DNA from: Chloroflexota bacterium
GTDB lineage: Bacteria; Chloroflexota; UBA11872; VXNJ01
DNA: 64,000 nucleotides
Direction of reading: 5' to 3'
Assembly (NCBI GenBank): GCA_965203015.1
Contig: CBDBBM010000012.1
Coordinates: forward strand, 139,445 to 203,444
The position numbers and the translations under genes were made by a program. The notes beneath the pieces are model-generated. The model did no database searches. It had not been told where the DNA came from and was given only the letters and a program-made list of their open reading frames with translations. Of the stretch, positions 32,804 to 44,157 are shown piece after piece; within the stretch, counting starts at the first letter, position 1; every line of letters starts with the position of its first letter.

Positions 32804-35527
32804 ATGCCCGCCACCCAGAACGCCGCCTCACCCGCGCCGGACACGCCGCCCGAAGGGGCAATTCCGGAGGCGCTGCTGCGCCCGTACGATCCGGCCAGCG
32901 TGGAGCCGGGGATTTACGCCGCCTGGGAGGCCTCCGGCGCGTTCCGGGCCGAGGTCGATCCGGATCGGGAGCCCTATTCGATCGCAATGCCGCCGCCGAA
33001 CCTGACCGGCGCGCTGCACTACGGCCACGTTGCCTTCGTCACCTTCCAGGACCTGATGATCCGCTGGCAGCGCATGCGCGGGGTACCGTCCTTGTGGCTG
33101 CCGGGGACCGACCACGCCGCCATCGCCACCAATGCGGTACTGATAAACCAGCTGGCGGCCCAAGGCAAGTCCCGCGAGGACATCGGACGCCCGGCGTTCG
33201 AGGAGATGTTCTGGGACTGGATGCGCCAGAGCGGCCAGCGAATCCGCTCGCAGCTGCGCATGGCCGGGGCCTCCTGCGATTGGTCGCGCGAGCGGTTCAC
33301 CATGGACCCCGGGCTTTCGCGGGCGGTGAACGCAGCCTTCGTCCAGCTGTATGAAAAGGGCCTTATCTACCGCGGCAGCTACCTGGTCAACTGGGACCCG
33401 GTCGACCAGACCGCGATCTCGGACATCGAGGTCGAGTACCAGGAGGTCGACGCCTGGCTCTGGACGGTCCGCTACCCGCTCGCCGGGGGCGGACACCTGG
33501 AGGTCGCCACCACCCGGCCGGAGACGATCCTGGGGGATACCGCGATCGCGGTCAACCCGGCCGACGACCGCTATCGCGAACTCGTCGGCAAGCAGGCGCT
33601 GGTGCCGGTCCTGGGGCGGGCCATACCGATCGTTGCCGACGACTACGTGGACCCCGAATTCGGCTCCGGCGCGGTCAAGGTGACGCCCGGGCACGACCCC
33701 AACGACTACGCGATCGGACAGCGCCACGACCTGCCGATGATCAACATCCTGGAACGCGACGGCCGGCTCAACGCCAACGCCGGGCCGTTCGCCGGGCAGA
33801 CCCGCGAGGCGGCCCGCGCCAATCTGCTGGAGCGGCTCGAGAGCGACGGCCTGCTGGCCGGCCGCAGTCCCCACCGCCACGCCGTCGGCCACGGCCAGCG
33901 TTCGGGAGCGGTGATCGAGCCGATGCTCTCGCAGCAGTGGTTCGTGGACACCTCCTCGATGGCGGCCAAGGCCGCCGCCGCGGTCCGTTCGGGCCAGATC
34001 CAGTTCCACCCGCCGCGGTTCGCGCAGGTCTTCCTGCACTGGATGGACAACATCCGCGACTGGTGCATCTCGCGCCAGATCTGGGTCGGGCACCGCATCC
34101 CGGTCTGGTACTGCGACGGCTGTCCGGACCCGATCGTGGCCACCGAGGCGCCGGAGTCATGCCCCGGTTGCGACTGCAAACCGCGCCAGGACAGCGACGT
34201 GCTCGACACCTGGTTCTCGTCCGGGCTGTGGACGTTTTCCACGCTTGGCTGGCCCGACGAGACCGAGGACCTTGCCTACTTCCATCCGACCACGGTGATG
34301 GAGACCGGCTACGACATCATCTTTTTCTGGGTGGCACGGATGGCGATGCTGAGCCTGGAACTGCTGGACCAAATCCCGTTCCGGCACGTTTACCTGAACG
34401 GCCTGCTGCGCCGCGCCGACGGGTCCAAGGTGTCCAAGTCCGACCCCCAGCCGGGCGACGATCCGGCCGAGGTGATCGGCGAGTTCGGCGCCGACGCGGT
34501 GCGCTATCTGATCGCCACCGGCTCCAGCCCGGGCAACGACATGAAGCTCTCCTGGGACCGCCTCACCGCCGCCCGCAACTTCGCCAACAAACTCTGGAAC
34601 GCGGCCCGGTTCGTGATCGCCGCCCAGCAACCGCCCGGCACCGCGCGGGCGGACCCGACCGCGTTCGACAGCTGGATCCTGGAGCGGCGCGACCAGACCG
34701 TGGCGTCGGTCTCGCAGCAGCTGGAGCGCTTCCAGTTCGGCGAGGCCGGCCAGGCGGTGCACGACCTGCTCTGGCGCGACTTCTGCGACTGGTACATCGA
34801 GGCCGCCAAACTGCGCCTTTCCGGGTCGGACGCGGCGGCGGCGGCGCAGGCGGCGGCGGTCCTGCGCGAAGTCCTCCTGGACGGACTAAAGCTGCTGCAC
34901 CCCTACATGCCGTTCGTCACCGAGGCGATCTGGGGTCACCTGCAGGCCGGCCGGGACGCCCCCGACCTGATCGTGGCGCCCTGGCCGCAGGCCGGCGGGC
35001 CCGACGCCGAACGCGAACGGATAGCCGGCAACGTCTCCGCCCTGCAGGCGGCGATCGGGGCGATCCGCCGGGTGCGGTCGGATTTCAGGATCGATCCGGG
35101 CGCGCTGGTGCCGGCCGAGATCGTGCCCGGACCGGCCGCGGACGAGGTCGAGTCGGAAGCCGAGGTCATCAGGCGCCTGGCGCGGATATCCGAGCTGGAA
35201 ATTGCCGGCGCCCAGACCGGTGACGTGGCCGAGAGCGGCGCGATCATGCGCCGCCACGACCGGCGCTGCGCCTTCGTGGCGGCCGAAGGCATCCAGGTGT
35301 TCCTGCCGCTGGAGGACCTCCTCGACCTGGACGCCGAACGGGTCCGCGCCGAAGGCCGGGCAAAGGACCTGCGGGCCCGCCAGGGCCGACTGCAGGGGAT
35401 GCTGGCCAACCCCGGGTTCGTGGGCAAGGCCCCGGCCCAGGTCGTCGAACAGCGCCGCAGCGAACTGGCCACCATCAGCGCCGATCTGGAAAACGTGCTG
35501 CGGTTCATAGCCGAGCTCGACGCTTGA
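32804..35527 (+). CDS. valS: Valine--tRNA ligase
   Basis: PPPNLTGALHYGH, GTDHAAIAT, DWCISRQ, DTWFSS, KVSKS, C-terminal coiled coil. Confidence 0.97.
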   Translation: MPATQNAASPAPDTPPEGAIPEALLRPYDPASVEPGIYAAWEASGAFRAEVDPDREPYSIAMPPPNLTGALHYGHVAFVTFQDLMIRWQRMRGVPSLWLPGTDHAAIATNAVLINQLAAQGKSREDIGRPAFEEMFWDWMRQSGQRIRSQLRMAGASCDWSRERFTMDPGLSRAVNAAFVQLYEKGLIYRGSYLVNWDPVDQTAISDIEVEYQEVDAWLWTVRYPLAGGGHLEVATTRPETILGDTAIAVNPADDRYRELVGKQALVPVLGRAIPIVADDYVDPEFGSGAVKVTPGHDPNDYAIGQRHDLPMINILERDGRLNANAGPFAGQTREAARANLLERLESDGLLAGRSPHRHAVGHGQRSGAVIEPMLSQQWFVDTSSMAAKAAAAVRSGQIQFHPPRFAQVFLHWMDNIRDWCISRQIWVGHRIPVWYCDGCPDPIVATEAPESCPGCDCKPRQDSDVLDTWFSSGLWTFSTLGWPDETEDLAYFHPTTVMETGYDIIFFWVARMAMLSLELLDQIPFRHVYLNGLLRRADGSKVSKSDPQPGDDPAEVIGEFGADAVRYLIATGSSPGNDMKLSWDRLTAARNFANKLWNAARFVIAAQQPPGTARADPTAFDSWILERRDQTVASVSQQLERFQFGEAGQAVHDLLWRDFCDWYIEAAKLRLSGSDAAAAAQAAAVLREVLLDGLKLLHPYMPFVTEAIWGHLQAGRDAPDLIVAPWPQAGGPDAERERIAGNVSALQAAIGAIRRVRSDFRIDPGALVPAEIVPGPAADEVESEAEVIRRLARISELEIAGAQTGDVAESGAIMRRHDRRCAFVAAEGIQVFLPLEDLLDLDAERVRAEGRAKDLRARQGRLQGMLANPGFVGKAPAQVVEQRRSELATISADLENVLRFIAELDA

Positions 35528-37167
35528 GCGAGGTTACCGGCGGCGCCGTCGGCGCGTTCCAGATTTCGCTGTTCGAGCGCCTCTTTGCCTCGATCGCCCA
35601 GGAAATGGGCGTCACCCTGCAACGCTCTTCGTTCTCGCCCAACATCAAGGAGCGACGCGACTTCTCCTGCGCGGTATTCGACCGCCGCGGGCGGATCATC
35701 GCCCAGGCCGAGCACATCCCGGTGCACCTGGGCGCGATGCCCATGTCGGTCGCCGCCGCGATCGAGCTTTTCGAGCGTGATGCGGCCGCGCCCGGCGACC
35801 TGGTGATCCTCAACGACCCCTATCGCGGCGGAACCCATCTGCCCGACATAACCACGGTTTCGCCGGTTTACGTTGGCGCCGAAGGCGGCCCGACCCTTTT
35901 CGGTTACGCGGCGACCCGCGCCCATCACGCCGACGTGGGCGGGATGAGCCCGGGTTCGATGGCGATCGCGCGCGAGATTTTCCAGGAGGGCCTGATCATT
36001 CCGCCGGTAAAGCTCGTCCGCGCCGGGACGATCGAGCGCGGCGTCCTGGACCTGATCGTGGCCAACGTGCGCACCCCCACCGAGCGGCACGGGGACCTTA
36101 CCGCGCAGCTGGCGGCGCACCGGGTGGCCGAGCGGCGGACCGGCGACATCGCGGCCCGCTACGGCCTCGAACGCATCATCTCGATCTCGCAGGAACTTAT
36201 CGATTACTCCGCGCGCCTGGCGCGGGCGCGGATCGCCCGCCTGCCGCGGGGGACGTACGAATTCGTCGACTACCTGGACGATGACGGGATCTCCCCCGAA
36301 TCGCTGCCGATCCGGGTGCGCGTGGACATTGACGAGGCGGGAATGCGGTTCGATTTCGCCGGGACCAGTCCGCAGGTCACCGGTTCGCTGAACGCACCGG
36401 CCTCGGTGGCGCGCTCGGCGGTCTACTACGTGCTGCGCTGCATCGTCGGCGGCGACGTGCCCGCCAACGACGGCCTCTACGGATCGGTGACGATCAGCGT
36501 TCCCAGGCGTTCGCTGCTGGACCCGGAGTCGCCGCGCCCGGTCGCCGGGGGCAACGTCGAAACCTCGCAGCGGGTCGTCGATACGGTCTGGGGCGCCTTG
36601 GCGCCGGCCCTTCCGGATCTGGTGCCGGCGGCCGGCCAGGGAACGATGAACAACATCACCCTGGGCGGGTACGACGAACAGCGCTCGGCACCGTTTGCCT
36701 ACTACGAGACCATGGGCGGCGGCGCCGGCGGCGGACCGACCCGACCCGGCGCGCACGGCATCCACGTGGCCATGAGCAACACCTGGAATTCACCGATCGA
36801 AGCCCTTGAGCACGCACTGCCGGTGCGGGTGCGGCGCTATTCGCTGCGCACCGGTTCGGGCGGTGATGGCGCCCATCCGGGCGGCATGGGCCTGCGGCGC
36901 GACATCGAGGTGCTCACCGAATCTGAGGTGACGCTGCTGGGCGAGCGTCGTCGGCACCGCCCCTGGGGGCTGGCCGGCGGCGACGATGGCGCTCCCGGCG
37001 ACAACCAGGTCCTGCGCGCTGGTGGCTGGGAGAGAGTCGGAGCCAAGGCGACGGTGATGCTCGAGCCGGGCGAGGTGATCTCGCTGCGGTCGCCCGGCGG
37101 GGGCGGTTGGGGCCCGAGCCCGGATGGGGATTCGACGACTGCCGAGGATGCGCGCACCGGGGCCTGA
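35524..37167 (+). CDS. Hydantoinase B/oxoprolinase family protein
   Basis: [39 protein letters not shown]. Confidence 0.93.
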   Translation: MSEVTGGAVGAFQISLFERLFASIAQEMGVTLQRSSFSPNIKERRDFSCAVFDRRGRIIAQAEHIPVHLGAMPMSVAAAIELFERDAAAPGDLVILNDPYRGGTHLPDITTVSPVYVGAEGGPTLFGYAATRAHHADVGGMSPGSMAIAREIFQEGLIIPPVKLVRAGTIERGVLDLIVANVRTPTERHGDLTAQLAAHRVAERRTGDIAARYGLERIISISQELIDYSARLARARIARLPRGTYEFVDYLDDDGISPESLPIRVRVDIDEAGMRFDFAGTSPQVTGSLNAPASVARSAVYYVLRCIVGGDVPANDGLYGSVTISVPRRSLLDPESPRPVAGGNVETSQRVVDTVWGALAPALPDLVPAAGQGTMNNITLGGYDEQRSAPFAYYETMGGGAGGGPTRPGAHGIHVAMSNTWNSPIEALEHALPVRVRRYSLRTGSGGDGAHPGGMGLRRDIEVLTESEVTLLGERRRHRPWGLAGGDDGAPGDNQVLRAGGWERVGAKATVMLEPGEVISLRSPGGGGWGPSPDGDSTTAEDARTGA

Positions 37168-37198
37168 CCGGCATTCGGGTTCGGGCGGAGACGGTCCA

Positions 37199-37918
37199 GT
37201 GCCGGCCCTGGTCGGGGCACTGACCGGGGCGGCCGATCTCAGTTGCGGGGTCGCCGCGGTGGACGAGGCCGACCTCGGATTCAAACTGCTGCCCGCACTG
37301 GGCCGCGAACTCGCGCATACGGTCGCCCGCCGCTGCGGCGCCAGCACGCTGACTGTCCGCCTGAAAGACGCAACCGAATCGGTCGATCCAGCGTCCCTGG
37401 GGTGCGACGAGCTGCGCCGGATCATTCGGATCGATGAACTGCCGGACTTTGGTCCTGGAACAGCCGGGTACTCCTGTGGGCCGGTCGACGCCCTTGAGCG
37501 CGACCGGTTCCTTGAGTTCTTCGCCGAGGTGTTTTCCCCCGAAGATCTGGGTCTTGCAGACCCGAGCACGCTCCTGCGCACCGCCGGCCAACTGCACCGG
37601 GGCAGTCCGGTGCAGGGCCGCGGCGACTACCTGGGCCGGGTGGTTATGGCCGGACCCGAACCGGTCGGACTCTTCTTCCTGGCCGGCGATGGACCGGTGC
37701 GTGAAATCGGCTTTCTGGGCGCGGCGCCCAGCCTGCGCCGCCGGTTCGAATTGCGCAGAGCACTGGCGGCGGGCGTCGACTGGATGCTTAGCAACGGGGT
37801 CTCGGCACTCACCGCCGAAATCGCGGTGCAGAATTCGATCTCGCTGGCGCTGGCCAGGCGGCTGGGGGCCAGGTCGGCGGGACTGAGAGCCGTTTATTTT
37901 TTCCCGGACCGAAATTGA
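37199..37918 (+). CDS. Hypothetical protein with GNAT-like C-terminus
   Basis: IGFLGAAPSLRRR..EIAVQNSISLALARRLG. Confidence 0.55.
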   Translation: MPALVGALTGAADLSCGVAAVDEADLGFKLLPALGRELAHTVARRCGASTLTVRLKDATESVDPASLGCDELRRIIRIDELPDFGPGTAGYSCGPVDALERDRFLEFFAEVFSPEDLGLADPSTLLRTAGQLHRGSPVQGRGDYLGRVVMAGPEPVGLFFLAGDGPVREIGFLGAAPSLRRRFELRRALAAGVDWMLSNGVSALTAEIAVQNSISLALARRLGARSAGLRAVYFFPDRN

Positions 37919-39098
37919 TGATTTCAAAGATTGGGTCCCTTTACATCGGGCACGTGGACCTGGCCGATATCGGATTTGCAGGCCTTCCGGTGAACGAACG
38001 CCGGCTGTCCGACCAGCATCTGGCCACCGTATTCGCCAAGGCCGAATCGATCGCCCGGCTGATGGACCGGCTGGGTTACGAAACGCTCTGGCTGGGCGAG
38101 CACCACTTTCAGTGCGAAGGCCACGAGTGCGTTCCCAACCCCCTGCTGCTGGGGGTTCACCTGTCCCACCTGACCGACCGGCTCAGGTTCGGCTGCGCCT
38201 TCAACGTCACGCCCAACTGGCACCCGCTGCGCCTGGCCGAGGACTATGCGACCGCCGACATCCTCACCGGCGGGCGGATCGTATTCGGGGTCGGGCGGGG
38301 TTACCACACCCGCGAGGTTGAGACGCTGGGCGCGCCGCTCATCGACCAGGAAGCGAACCGCGCACTGTTCGATGAGCAGGTCGAAATCATCTTCAAGGCC
38401 TTCAACGAAAGATCGTTCTCCCACCGCGGCAGGCACTACCAGATCCCTCCCCCGGTTCCCTATCGCGGGTACCAGCTGGAGGAAATCACCCTGGTGCCGC
38501 GACCGCGCAGCCTCCCGGTCGAGTGCTACCAGCCGATCGTCAGCGCCAGCCGGCGGGGGATGGACTTTATGGCCCGCAACGGGATGAAAGCCATGATCGG
38601 CGGGGGCGGGGCGGTGGCCGCCGGGGCCGCCGACGAATTGATTCAGACCTGGCGCGATTCGCTGGCCCGGGCCGGGCGCCGGACCGAACCGGGCGGAGAC
38701 CTGATCGTGAACTTCTACACCCACCTGGCCGAAACCGAAGAAAGGGCGAAGGCCGAGGTGCGCCCATACGTGGAGGAATACCTGAAGGTGTTCGCGCCGG
38801 CGGGATTGATCGACCTTTCAGACGCTCAACTGGCCGCGCTGGACAGCCGATCGCCGGCCGATGCGGCGGGACTCTCGGAAGTCGTGGACCAGATCCTGGA
38901 CAGCGCGTGCTGTGCGGTCCGCCGGACGCGGTCGCCGCCAGGCTGATGGCGGTCCAGGAGCGTTTTCCGGGACTTGAACAGATCAACGTCGGATCGGTGA
39001 TCGGAACCCCCGAGCCGGTCGTTCTGGAACAGTTGCGGCGGTTCGGCGAGGAAGTCATGCCGAAATTCCGTTGCGGGAGTGCCGGCGGGTCGGACTGA
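37915..39098 (+). CDS. LLM-class flavin-dependent oxidoreductase (apparent frameshift ~38905)
   Basis: WLGEHHF, HPLRLAED, GVGRGY; LCGPPD..RFGEEVMP in the shifted frame. Confidence 0.9.
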
Positions 39099-39149
39099 CC
39101 CCTCCCGCCACAACGCGGGTCCCGGTGCGGATGCGACCCGGAATTCAAC

Positions 39150-39751
39150 TCAGGGGCGGCGATCAACGCCCGGGAGCCGGCCGGGGGACTTGCCGAGCTC
39201 AGCGTGGGTGAGCAACTGGTAACTGGCACCGGATGACCCCAGGTGGCTCTGATAGAGACCGATCTCCCGAACCCGGAATTGAACCCGCAATGACTCCAAA
39301 TGCGACTCGGCGGCCCGCCAGATTGCGCGTCGCTCCCGCGTGCCGCCCTGCGTCGGATTCGGGCCAGGGTCAGATGCGGCCGGAATCGCTGCTCGCTCGC
39401 GGGAAAACCGTTTTCCTCGAGCGCGTCCTGCAACCGGCGCCACACCCGGCACAGCTGGTCCACGTCGCCTTTGACCGCGGTGGCAATGATGCTCCTCCGC
39501 GCCCCGAACGCCAGCAGCTCTCCATCGATTTGAAGCCCGAATGGAACAAGGTCTGCGCTTGCGCCCTTGACCGCGGCGGTCGCGGAATCGGCTTGGACGG
39601 GGCTGATTTGCCCGAGAAACGCCAGCGTCAGATGCAGGTTCTGGACCGGGACCCGGCGAAGCAGTGGTTCATCGGCCAACCCGCCGAGGACGCAAGCCAG
39701 GCGCTGGCGCGCGCCGGCGTCGGGCGATATCGCGATGAAAGCCCTGATCAT
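39150..39751 (-). CDS. thpR: RNA 2',3'-cyclic phosphodiesterase (apparent frameshift ~39330)
   Basis: RAFIAI, two 2H motifs HLTLAFLG and PHLTLAR; LYQSHL..GASY. Confidence 0.87.
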
Positions 39752-39832
39752 GGATTGGCGCCGGTGAAGTCGGAGCGATCAATTGCCTGAATGACCGAAA
39801 TCCAGTTGGTGCCGACGCGTCAATCCCTTGCT

Positions 39833-40213
39833 TTACAACCTGAATCCCAGCGCCGCCGCCACTTCGGCCTGGCGGGTATCCAAAGTGAGGAATGCCACAT
39901 TGCCAGGCGAGGGAGAGACGCTAAGCGCGGTCGCCAAATGCCAGAGATCTGCGCCGCGGACGTAGCCTGCTTCGGCCACTCGTTCGATCTCCTCGGTGAG
40001 CGCCCGATCGGGAAAAATCCACTCGATTCCTTTCAGCAGCCCGGGCTCGATATTCACGCCCTCGCGCAAGTGCGCGGCCCTGACTTCGGCTTCGAGCAAA
40101 TTTGAAGAAGCCCGGATGGAATACGACCTCAATAGCCGCCACTGCTCACGCCAATTCGGCTGACGGAAGGCAATGCACGCCATGCACGAAGAATCCACGT
40201 AGGCAAAGCTCAT
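39833..40213 (-). CDS. PIN-domain (VapC) toxin
   Basis: YVDSS, EAEV, RGADLWHLATAL, FLTLD. Confidence 0.85.
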   Translation of the reverse strand: MSFAYVDSSCMACIAFRQPNWREQWRLLRSYSIRASSNLLEAEVRAAHLREGVNIEPGLLKGIEWIFPDRALTEEIERVAEAGYVRGADLWHLATALSVSPSPGNVAFLTLDTRQAEVAAALGFRL

Positions 40214-40482
40214 CAATCGCGCTCTTCCAGGAACCGTTCGAGCGCGCCGGGAACGTAATTGCCGCCTTCGAAATGCTGCATCGGCCCGGCGGGGCCGCTC
40301 AATATGCCCCTTGCCCGCAAATCTTCAATTCGCTCTTCCATCGTGACCGGCTCTGCAAGGGGCCTTATTTCGGCGACTGGGTTCCCGCGGTAAGAAACGG
40401 TCACGGTCCGGCCTTCGCGCACATGGCGAATTACCTCGGAGAAACGTGCCTTTGCTTCGTACGTTGAATAGGTAAGGGCCAC
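40213..40482 (-). CDS. Phd/YefM-family antitoxin
   Basis: STYEAKARFSEVIRHVREGRTVTVSYRGNPVAEIRP. Confidence 0.9.
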   Translation of the reverse strand: MALTYSTYEAKARFSEVIRHVREGRTVTVSYRGNPVAEIRPLAEPVTMEERIEDLRARGILSGPAGPMQHFEGGNYVPGALERFLEERD

Positions 40483-40496
40483 TCGGATTCCCTAAT

Positions 40497-40516
40497 TAGT
40501 CTGACTAGTGCAGTCA
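40497..40516. promoter_or_regulatory. Putative TA operator palindromes
   Basis: TAGTC-T-GACTA (40497-40507) overlapping TGACT-N5-AGTCA (40502-40516), just upstream of the antitoxin. Confidence 0.5.
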
Positions 40517-40614
40517 TTCTAACCGGTACACGACGCGGTACGAGGATTAGGTTGGTCGGCGTCGCACCTTGCCATCGGCCAAATCTCACTCACGACTGCA
40601 CCCCATGCCGGCAG

Positions 40615-41808
40615 TCAACCGCCGGGCAGGATGGCCGCGCCCAACCCGTCGGCCAGGAACATCCCGCGATCGGTTGGTCGCAGCCGCATCCCATCCCGGA
40701 CCAGCAGGCCTTCATCGGCCAAATGCTCGATCCGTGGTTCGTGCTCGGCAAGCAGGTCGTACCCGAAGCGTTCGTTCAAGTCCGAAAGCTCAATCCCGGC
40801 CGCGGTCCGCAGAGGCAGCGCGACCGCTTCCATGAGAAAGTCCGCGGCGTCGAGTTGCTCACATCCGGCCAGCAAGCCGTCTCCGTCCCTGACCCGGGCG
40901 ACGTAACGGTCCGGGCGGCGCACCAGGTGATACCGGCGGTCGCCCAGGAATCCGTGCGCACCGCAACCCAGGGGCAGGTAACGACCGCCCGCCCAGATGG
41001 AGGCGTTGTGGCGGCAGCGATGACCTCCCCTGGCCCAGTTGGAGGTCTCGTAGTGCTCGTATCCGGCCGATGCCAGGATGTCGAGCGCGGCCCGGTAGAA
41101 GGCGAAAATCCCGTCGCCGTCCGGTACCCTACCGAGCTCGGCGGATCTGGATCGGGAGCGTTGCGAATCGCGCGTTAGGGCGTAACAGGAAACGTGGCCG
41201 ACCCCGAGCCGGACCGCCCGCTGCAAATCGGACCGCCATTCCTCCAGCGACTGCCCGGGAGTGCCGTAGATCAGATCGATCGAAACCGATTCGAACCCGG
41301 CCGCCAGCGCCAATTCGGCCGCCCGCTCGGCCGAGCTGCCGGTGTGGTCGCGGTCGAGCAGGGCAAGGCGCCGGTCGGCAAACGACTGAACCCCCAGGCT
41401 CAGGCGAGTGACCCCGGAATCGGTCATTGCCGAAAAGAGCTCGGCGCTGGCGTCGGCCGGGTTCGCCTCGACGCTGAACTCGCCCCCGGGGTCCAGCCCC
41501 AGGTACTGCCGCAACTTTTGGAGCAATCGACCCAGGCGCTCCGGCCCGGCGTGACTGGGGGTGCCGCCGCCTACGTATATGGTGTCGACCCGGGGGCTCG
41601 GCTCCAGGAATCCGACTACCGCGCCAATCTCGACCTCGAGGGCGTCAAGGTAATCGGTAACGGCATCCTTACCGCCGGTATGGACGTTGAAGTCGCAGTA
41701 CCAGCAGTGCCGGCGGCAGAAGGGGAAATGTGCGTAGACGCCGATCGACCCGCTGGCGCACACGTCGGGCCGGCCGAGCCGGTGCGGGTCCCAGGTCAAA
41801 TCGGCCAC
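40615..41808 (-). CDS. hemW: Radical SAM heme chaperone HemW
   Basis: YAHFPFCRRHCWYCDF, GGGTPS, EANP, YETSNW, HNASIW. Confidence 0.92.
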   Translation of the reverse strand: MADLTWDPHRLGRPDVCASGSIGVYAHFPFCRRHCWYCDFNVHTGGKDAVTDYLDALEVEIGAVVGFLEPSPRVDTIYVGGGTPSHAGPERLGRLLQKLRQYLGLDPGGEFSVEANPADASAELFSAMTDSGVTRLSLGVQSFADRRLALLDRDHTGSSAERAAELALAAGFESVSIDLIYGTPGQSLEEWRSDLQRAVRLGVGHVSCYALTRDSQRSRSRSAELGRVPDGDGIFAFYRAALDILASAGYEHYETSNWARGGHRCRHNASIWAGGRYLPLGCGAHGFLGDRRYHLVRRPDRYVARVRDGDGLLAGCEQLDAADFLMEAVALPLRTAAGIELSDLNERFGYDLLAEHEPRIEHLADEGLLVRDGMRLRPTDRGMFLADGLGAAILPGG

Positions 41809-41843
41809 CTTCCAATCCCGCAGCGAAATCGCTTACATAATTT

Positions 41844-42722
41844 GTGGTTAATGCCCAGCAGGCCCTCCCATCAGTACAGGCCCGACCACTGATCATCGAC
41901 GCCCACACCCACATTTTTCCACCCGCGGTAATCACCGACCGCGGGGCGGTGGCCGCACGCGAGCCGTGGTTTGCCACGCTCTTTGGCGGTCGCGCCCGCA
42001 TGGCCGACGCCGACGCCCTGCTCTCGGAGATGGACCGCGCCGGCGTCGAGCGATCGCTGTGCTTCGGATTCGGCTGGCAGGGTCGGGAAATGCACCGTCG
42101 ATGCAATGAGTACCTGGTCGAATCGGCCGCGGCCAGCGGCGGCCGAATCCGGGCCGGCATTACGGTTCCGGCCGACGACTCCGACGCCACAATGGCCGAA
42201 CTCGAATACTGGCGCGGGGCGCCGGTCGCGGCGGTCGGCGAGCTTTACGCCGGCGGACAGGGATTTGAGCTGGGCAAGCTGCACCATTCTTCGCCCCTGC
42301 CGCAGGCTTGCGTTGACCGCGACCTGATCCTCTGCGTCCACGTGACCGAGCCGGCCGGGCATTCCTACCCGGGCAAGGACTCCACCGGGCCGCGCCAGAT
42401 CGCCAGTTTCGTGGCCGGGATGCCGGACGGGTTGCGCCTGCAGCTGCCGCACTGGGGGGCCGGGTTCGGAATATTCGAATCGATGCCCGAAGTGCGTGCC
42501 CGGACCGGTTCGGTGCGCTATGACTGCGCCGCATCACACCTGCTCTACGACGATTCCATCTACGGCCTCATGACCCGGATCGCCCCCGACCGGGTCCTCT
42601 TTGGTTCCGACTTCCCGCTGACCAGCCAACGGCGCATGCTGCGCCGGATTCGCCGCCTCGGCCTGGAAACCGGCCTGCAGGCCGGTCTGCTGGGGCGCAA
42701 CGCCGCCGCCTGGGGAATTTGA
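41844..42722 (+). CDS. Amidohydrolase_2 family protein; start uncertain
   Basis: IIDAHTHIF, GEL, HWGAG, LFGSDFP. Confidence 0.88.
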   Translation: MVNAQQALPSVQARPLIIDAHTHIFPPAVITDRGAVAAREPWFATLFGGRARMADADALLSEMDRAGVERSLCFGFGWQGREMHRRCNEYLVESAAASGGRIRAGITVPADDSDATMAELEYWRGAPVAAVGELYAGGQGFELGKLHHSSPLPQACVDRDLILCVHVTEPAGHSYPGKDSTGPRQIASFVAGMPDGLRLQLPHWGAGFGIFESMPEVRARTGSVRYDCAASHLLYDDSIYGLMTRIAPDRVLFGSDFPLTSQRRMLRRIRRLGLETGLQAGLLGRNAAAWGI

Positions 42723-43322
42723 GTGAGCGACAAAGCCGCCAGAAGGATCCTCCTGGCCACGACCAATCCCGGCAAGTCCGCCGAATTCGGCGCGCTGCTT
42801 AACGGGCGCGGCTGGGAAACCCTGCGTCCGGACCGGGTCGGCATCGAACTCGAAGTTGCCGAGGATGGTGAGACATTTGCCGAGAACTCGGCCCGCAAGG
42901 CGCTGGCTTATTCGGAATGCACCGATCTGCCGGTGCTGGCCGATGATTCCGGCCTGGAGGTCGATGCCCTGTACGGTGAACCGGGAGTCCGCAGCGCGCG
43001 GTTGGCCCAGGGAAGCGACGCGGACCGGACCGAGGCGCTGCTTTCGCTGATGCACGGGATGCCGGCCGCGCTGCGCGCGGCCCAGTTCCGGAGCGTAGTG
43101 ACAATTGCCCGCCGTGGCATGGTGCTGGCGGTCGGCGAAGGCGTTTTGCGGGGCACGATCCTGTCATCACCGCGCGGTGAAAGCGGGTTCGGCTACGATC
43201 CTGTATTCGTGCCCGACGGCCGTGAGTTGACCCTGGCCCAGCTTGGGATGTCGGCCAAGAACTTAATCTCGCATCGGCGCGCCGCGGTCCTGGCCGCGCT
43301 GGACGAACTTGGCCGCCGCTAG
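42723..43322 (+). CDS. rdgB: dITP/XTP pyrophosphatase
   Basis: ATTNPGK, ADDSGL, GFGYDPVF, SHR. Confidence 0.95.
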   Translation: MSDKAARRILLATTNPGKSAEFGALLNGRGWETLRPDRVGIELEVAEDGETFAENSARKALAYSECTDLPVLADDSGLEVDALYGEPGVRSARLAQGSDADRTEALLSLMHGMPAALRAAQFRSVVTIARRGMVLAVGEGVLRGTILSSPRGESGFGYDPVFVPDGRELTLAQLGMSAKNLISHRRAAVLAALDELGRR

Positions 43323-44157
43323 GCGTCGCCGCGGCGCCGCGCCACGCGGCTTCCGCCCGCGGCGGTCGCGCGGGCAGAACCTTCTGGTCGACGCCGGCGT
43401 GGTGGATCAGATCATCGCCGCGGCCCGCGTCGAGCCCGGTTCGGCGGTGCTGGAGATCGGCGCCGGCGCCGGCGCCCTCACCCGCGCCCTGGCCGCCGAG
43501 GCCGATCAGGTCATCGCTGTGGAGATCGAGGCCGAACTGGCGATTGCGCTGCGCCGCAAGCTGCGCGGGTATCCCAACGTGGCGGTGCTGAGGCGCGACG
43601 CGCGCGCGCTCGATCTCGAACAGATCTTTCCCGACCGACCCTACCAGGTGGTGGCCAATCTTCCCTACTCGGTCGGCACCCCGCTGTTGGTCGACCTGCT
43701 CCACAGCCGCAATCGCCCCCGGCGCCTGACCGTCATGCTGCAGCGCGAGGTTGCCGAGCGGATCTGCGCCGACCCCGGCGACTGGTCGGCGTTGACGGTG
43801 ATGACCCGCCCGTTCGGGGATGCCCGGATCGAATTCCTGGTGCCGCCGTCGGCGTTCTGGCCGCGTCCCAAGGTCACGTCGGCGGTGATCAGCATAGATA
43901 CCACCGATCGGGACCGCCGGGACCCGCAGGTGGCCAGCGCGATCTGGCTCTCCCGCCACGCCTTCGCCCAGCGCCGCAAGAAACTCGTAAATTCGCTTGG
44001 CGCCGGTCTGCGCCTGGAGCGCGAAGCGGCCATAAACCTACTGTCAGCAGCCGGCATCGACCCCGACGATCGACCCGCCAATCTAGACCTGACGGCCTGG
44101 TTGGCCCTGTCCGATGCGTTCCGGGAGGAGGTCGCGACCGCCGATGGGTCTGGGTGA
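43309..44157 (+). CDS. rsmA: 16S rRNA m6,2A dimethyltransferase
   Basis: GQNLL, LEIGAGAGALT, ANLPY, MLQREVAER, FAQRRKKL. Confidence 0.95.
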   Translation: MAAARRRRGAAPRGFRPRRSRGQNLLVDAGVVDQIIAAARVEPGSAVLEIGAGAGALTRALAAEADQVIAVEIEAELAIALRRKLRGYPNVAVLRRDARALDLEQIFPDRPYQVVANLPYSVGTPLLVDLLHSRNRPRRLTVMLQREVAERICADPGDWSALTVMTRPFGDARIEFLVPPSAFWPRPKVTSAVISIDTTDRDRRDPQVASAIWLSRHAFAQRRKKLVNSLGAGLRLEREAAINLLSAAGIDPDDRPANLDLTAWLALSDAFREEVATADGSG

